A stretch of DNA of 64,000 bases from contig JBHGNT010000010.1 of the NCBI GenBank assembly GCA_043228905.1, positions 18,972,001-19,036,000 on the forward strand, in the 5' to 3' direction. The stretch is from Azolla caroliniana. Taxonomy: Eukaryota; Plantae; Polypodiophyta. The translations under genes were made by a program, and so were the position numbers. Of the stretch, positions 61,225-64,000 are shown piece after piece. Numbering within the stretch: the first letter of the stretch is position 1; every line of letters begins with the position of its first letter. The notes under the pieces were generated by a model. The model saw only the letters and a program-made list of their open reading frames with translations. It was not told where the DNA came from and ran no database searches.

Positions 61225-63455
61225 ATGGGTATATCATTAACAATCTTATACTTCATAATTCCACTAGTATTAGTGATCATTCGATTCTTCATGAATCGAA
61301 GATTTCATGGTATTCCTCCAGGACCAAAACCTCGTCTTTTCGTTGGCAATCTATATGACATATCTCCGTTAAGATTCCGATGCTTTTGGGAGTGGTCTAA
61401 AATATATGGTCCAATCATGTCTGTGTGGTTTGGTTCCACGCTAAATGTGGTCATAACATCGGCTGATCTTGCGAAAGAAGTATTGAAAGAAAAAGACCAA
61501 CAACTTGCTGCAAGGAATCGAACTCGTGCTGCCGATCTTTTTAGCAAAGGCGGTCAAGATCTTATTTGGGCAGATTATGGACCACATTATGTGAAAGTTC
61601 GAAAAGTTTGTACCCTCGAGTTATTTGCTCCCAAAAGGATTGAAGCACTTCAGCCTCTTCGAGAGGATGAGGTTAGCACCATGGTTTGTAGCATCTTCAA
61701 GGATTGTGGAGGAAAAGGTTAGAGATATTTACATTGATTCAGAATGCTTCTGCATTTCTTTTAGATTATCCCCTAGGTTTTCAGAAGTGCCAGAATACAC
61801 CCATTAGCTCATTAATGGCCATTATGTTGGTATACCGATGGTTTGGCCACAAATGTAACGTTAATAAGTGAATAGATAGATAGATCTAGATACTGCGACT
61901 CAATTGTGTGCTTTTTCTTGCTATCTCTGCACAATCATACATCAAAAGAGTCAACTAGGCATATGATCAAAACATTTATGTACTATTAAGGAGCTCATTG
62001 AATGTGGTTATATATGTACATTGAACGTTTAAAGGATTGTATGTATAGGTGGTGATTTCAAAGCAGTCACTCTCAAGAAATATCTCTCTGGTGTGGCTTT
62101 TAACAATATTACAAGAATTGCGTTTGGCAAGAGATTTATAGATGACCAAGGAAATACTGATCCACAAGGGATGGAGGTCAAGGAGATCATATCACAAGGG
62201 ATGAAGTTAGGTGCCTCAATCAAGACACCGGAGTTCATACCATGGATCCGATGGATGTTCCCATTGCAAACTGAGGAGTTTGCAAAGCACAGTAATTGGA
62301 GAGACAAGCTGACAAAATCGATCATGGAAGAACACACCCTTGCAAGAGAGACGAGTGGGGAGACGAAGGAACACTTTGTTGATGCATTGCTAACACTTCA
62401 AAAGCACTATGACCTGACTGACACTCACATCATTGGCTTGCTTTGGGTAAATTTGTATTAAGTGTTTATCATGTATATGGTCTCGTTCTAATTATTAGGT
62501 GATATATGAAAGTATCCTTTTGTTATGGGTTTTTAAATTAGTAAACTATACCCTGTTTGCAAATGGAAAAGTAGTTAGCCTTTATCTAAAGTATTCAAAT
62601 TCAAGGCTCTTCCTGAATGGTAGACTGTAGTCTAGATTTAATTCTTACTAATATCATTGTAATTAATGCCTAATTTCTATCACTTCAGATTATTAACATC
62701 ATTAGTAAAAAGACAATTAAGTTGACATTAATTACACCTAAATTCCCAATTACGAACAGAATTTTTGAAAATTTCTCATCTTATTATCCCACCAAACATA
62801 TTTCATGTTTCTTCTTTTATTGTAGGATATGATTACAGCTGGCATGGATACAACTGCTATTTCAGTGGAATGGGCTATGGCTGAGCTAGTTCGGAATCCA
62901 CGTGTACAAAAGAAAGCTCAAGAAGAGCTCGACCTAGTTATCGGCATGGAAGATCTTGTGAAAGAGACTGATTTCTCAAGGCTACCATATCTTCAATGCA
63001 TCGTCAAGGAAGCACTACGGTTACATCCTCCAACACCGCTGATGCTACCTCATAAGGCGACAGAAGATTTGAAAATCGGTGGTTATAATATACCGAAGGG
63101 GACGGTTGTGCATGTAAATGTATGGGCAATTGCAAGGGATCCCACTATTTGGAAGGATCCTCTGACTTTCCGGCCCGAGAGATTTTTCGAAGAAGATGTT
63201 GATATCAAAGGGCATGATTATAGGTTATTGCCATTTGGAGCAGGGCGTCGGGTTTGTCCTGGTGCTCAACTGGGGCTTAATCTAGTTGAGCTTATGCTTG
63301 CTCGTCTTTTGCACCAATTCTCTTGGTTGCCACCAGAAGGATTGAATGTAGATGATATCGATATGACCGAGCGCCCTGGAGTTGTCACATTCATGGCTAA
63401 ACCACTTGAAGCCATTCCTCAACCACGTCTCTCCACACATCTCTATGCAAGGTGA
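61225..63455 (+). CDS. CYP98A: Cytochrome P450 CYP98A (p-coumaroyl ester 3'-hydroxylase, C3'H), 3 exons, 506 aa
   Basis: Exons 61225-61717, 62049-62446 and 62826-63455, GT-AG and in frame (1521 nt). Motifs [72 protein letters not shown] and heme [11 protein letters not shown]. Confidence 0.95.
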
Positions 63456-64000
63456 AAGATAAGACGTAGGTAATGTTTACAATGGAAACAATTCCACTGG
63501 TGTCTTCTCCCAACAGTTCTCATTATCCTCACTTTCATCAAAGCTTTTGTTTGGCTTTCAAATTAGATGCAATGTCCCCTTGGAACCTCTACAAATGAGT
63601 GTTTTGAAAACTATGAACAACCTATATTTGTGTTCTGGTTTTCAAATCATTGTAAAAAGATGAAATACTGGGACAATATTTCTTAAAGCAAACTACTTCC
63701 AAACAACAAATTCAATTGACGTTTCTTTATGTTCTACAGGAATGCAAAATGAGGGCTTTCTTGATAACCCACAAAATACCCAAGATGATTCTTATGTTTT
63801 GCAAATGTGAGATGTTGATGGTGCTTAACACCATCAACACTAACATATCATGCTGCACTTTATCATTTATGAGATCATATATCTATACAGATAATAATCA
63901 CCAAAGATGGGTATTGACAATATTGAATGATTAGTTCTGGACTTGCATATCAGTCTTTAATGTGTTCACACCATTAGGACATTTGGTAGTTTGAGTGGTT

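Overview
Eukaryotic land-plant nuclear DNA. A non-seed plant such as a fern is my guess from the TE types and intron style; it is not proven. 1-20.4 kb is a nested retrotransposon block. It holds L1-clade LINE pieces, three Ty1/copia remnants and three copies of one Ty3/gypsy family. One gypsy copy is full length (6435-13419, minus strand, 647-bp LTRs, 4-bp TSD, tRNA-Trp PBS) and sits inside a copia 5' LTR. All three gypsy copies keep a G-GAU-UUU-UAG slippery site plus a predicted H-type pseudoknot between gag-protease and RT, which is the strongest unusual signal in the window. 20-64 kb is AT-rich and holds four intact plus-strand genes: a 9-exon CSLA (gluco)mannan synthase, a divergent type-I-like MADS-box gene, an intronless five-bladed beta-propeller glycosidase-like gene with a likely plastid transit peptide, and a 3-exon CYP98A. 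Between them lie RTE/L1 remnants, a hAT MITE, a 314-bp TG..CA element with 40-bp inverted termini inserted in a (GA)n tract, tandem duplications and microsatellites. All coordinates and alignments were done by eye; no database searches were run.
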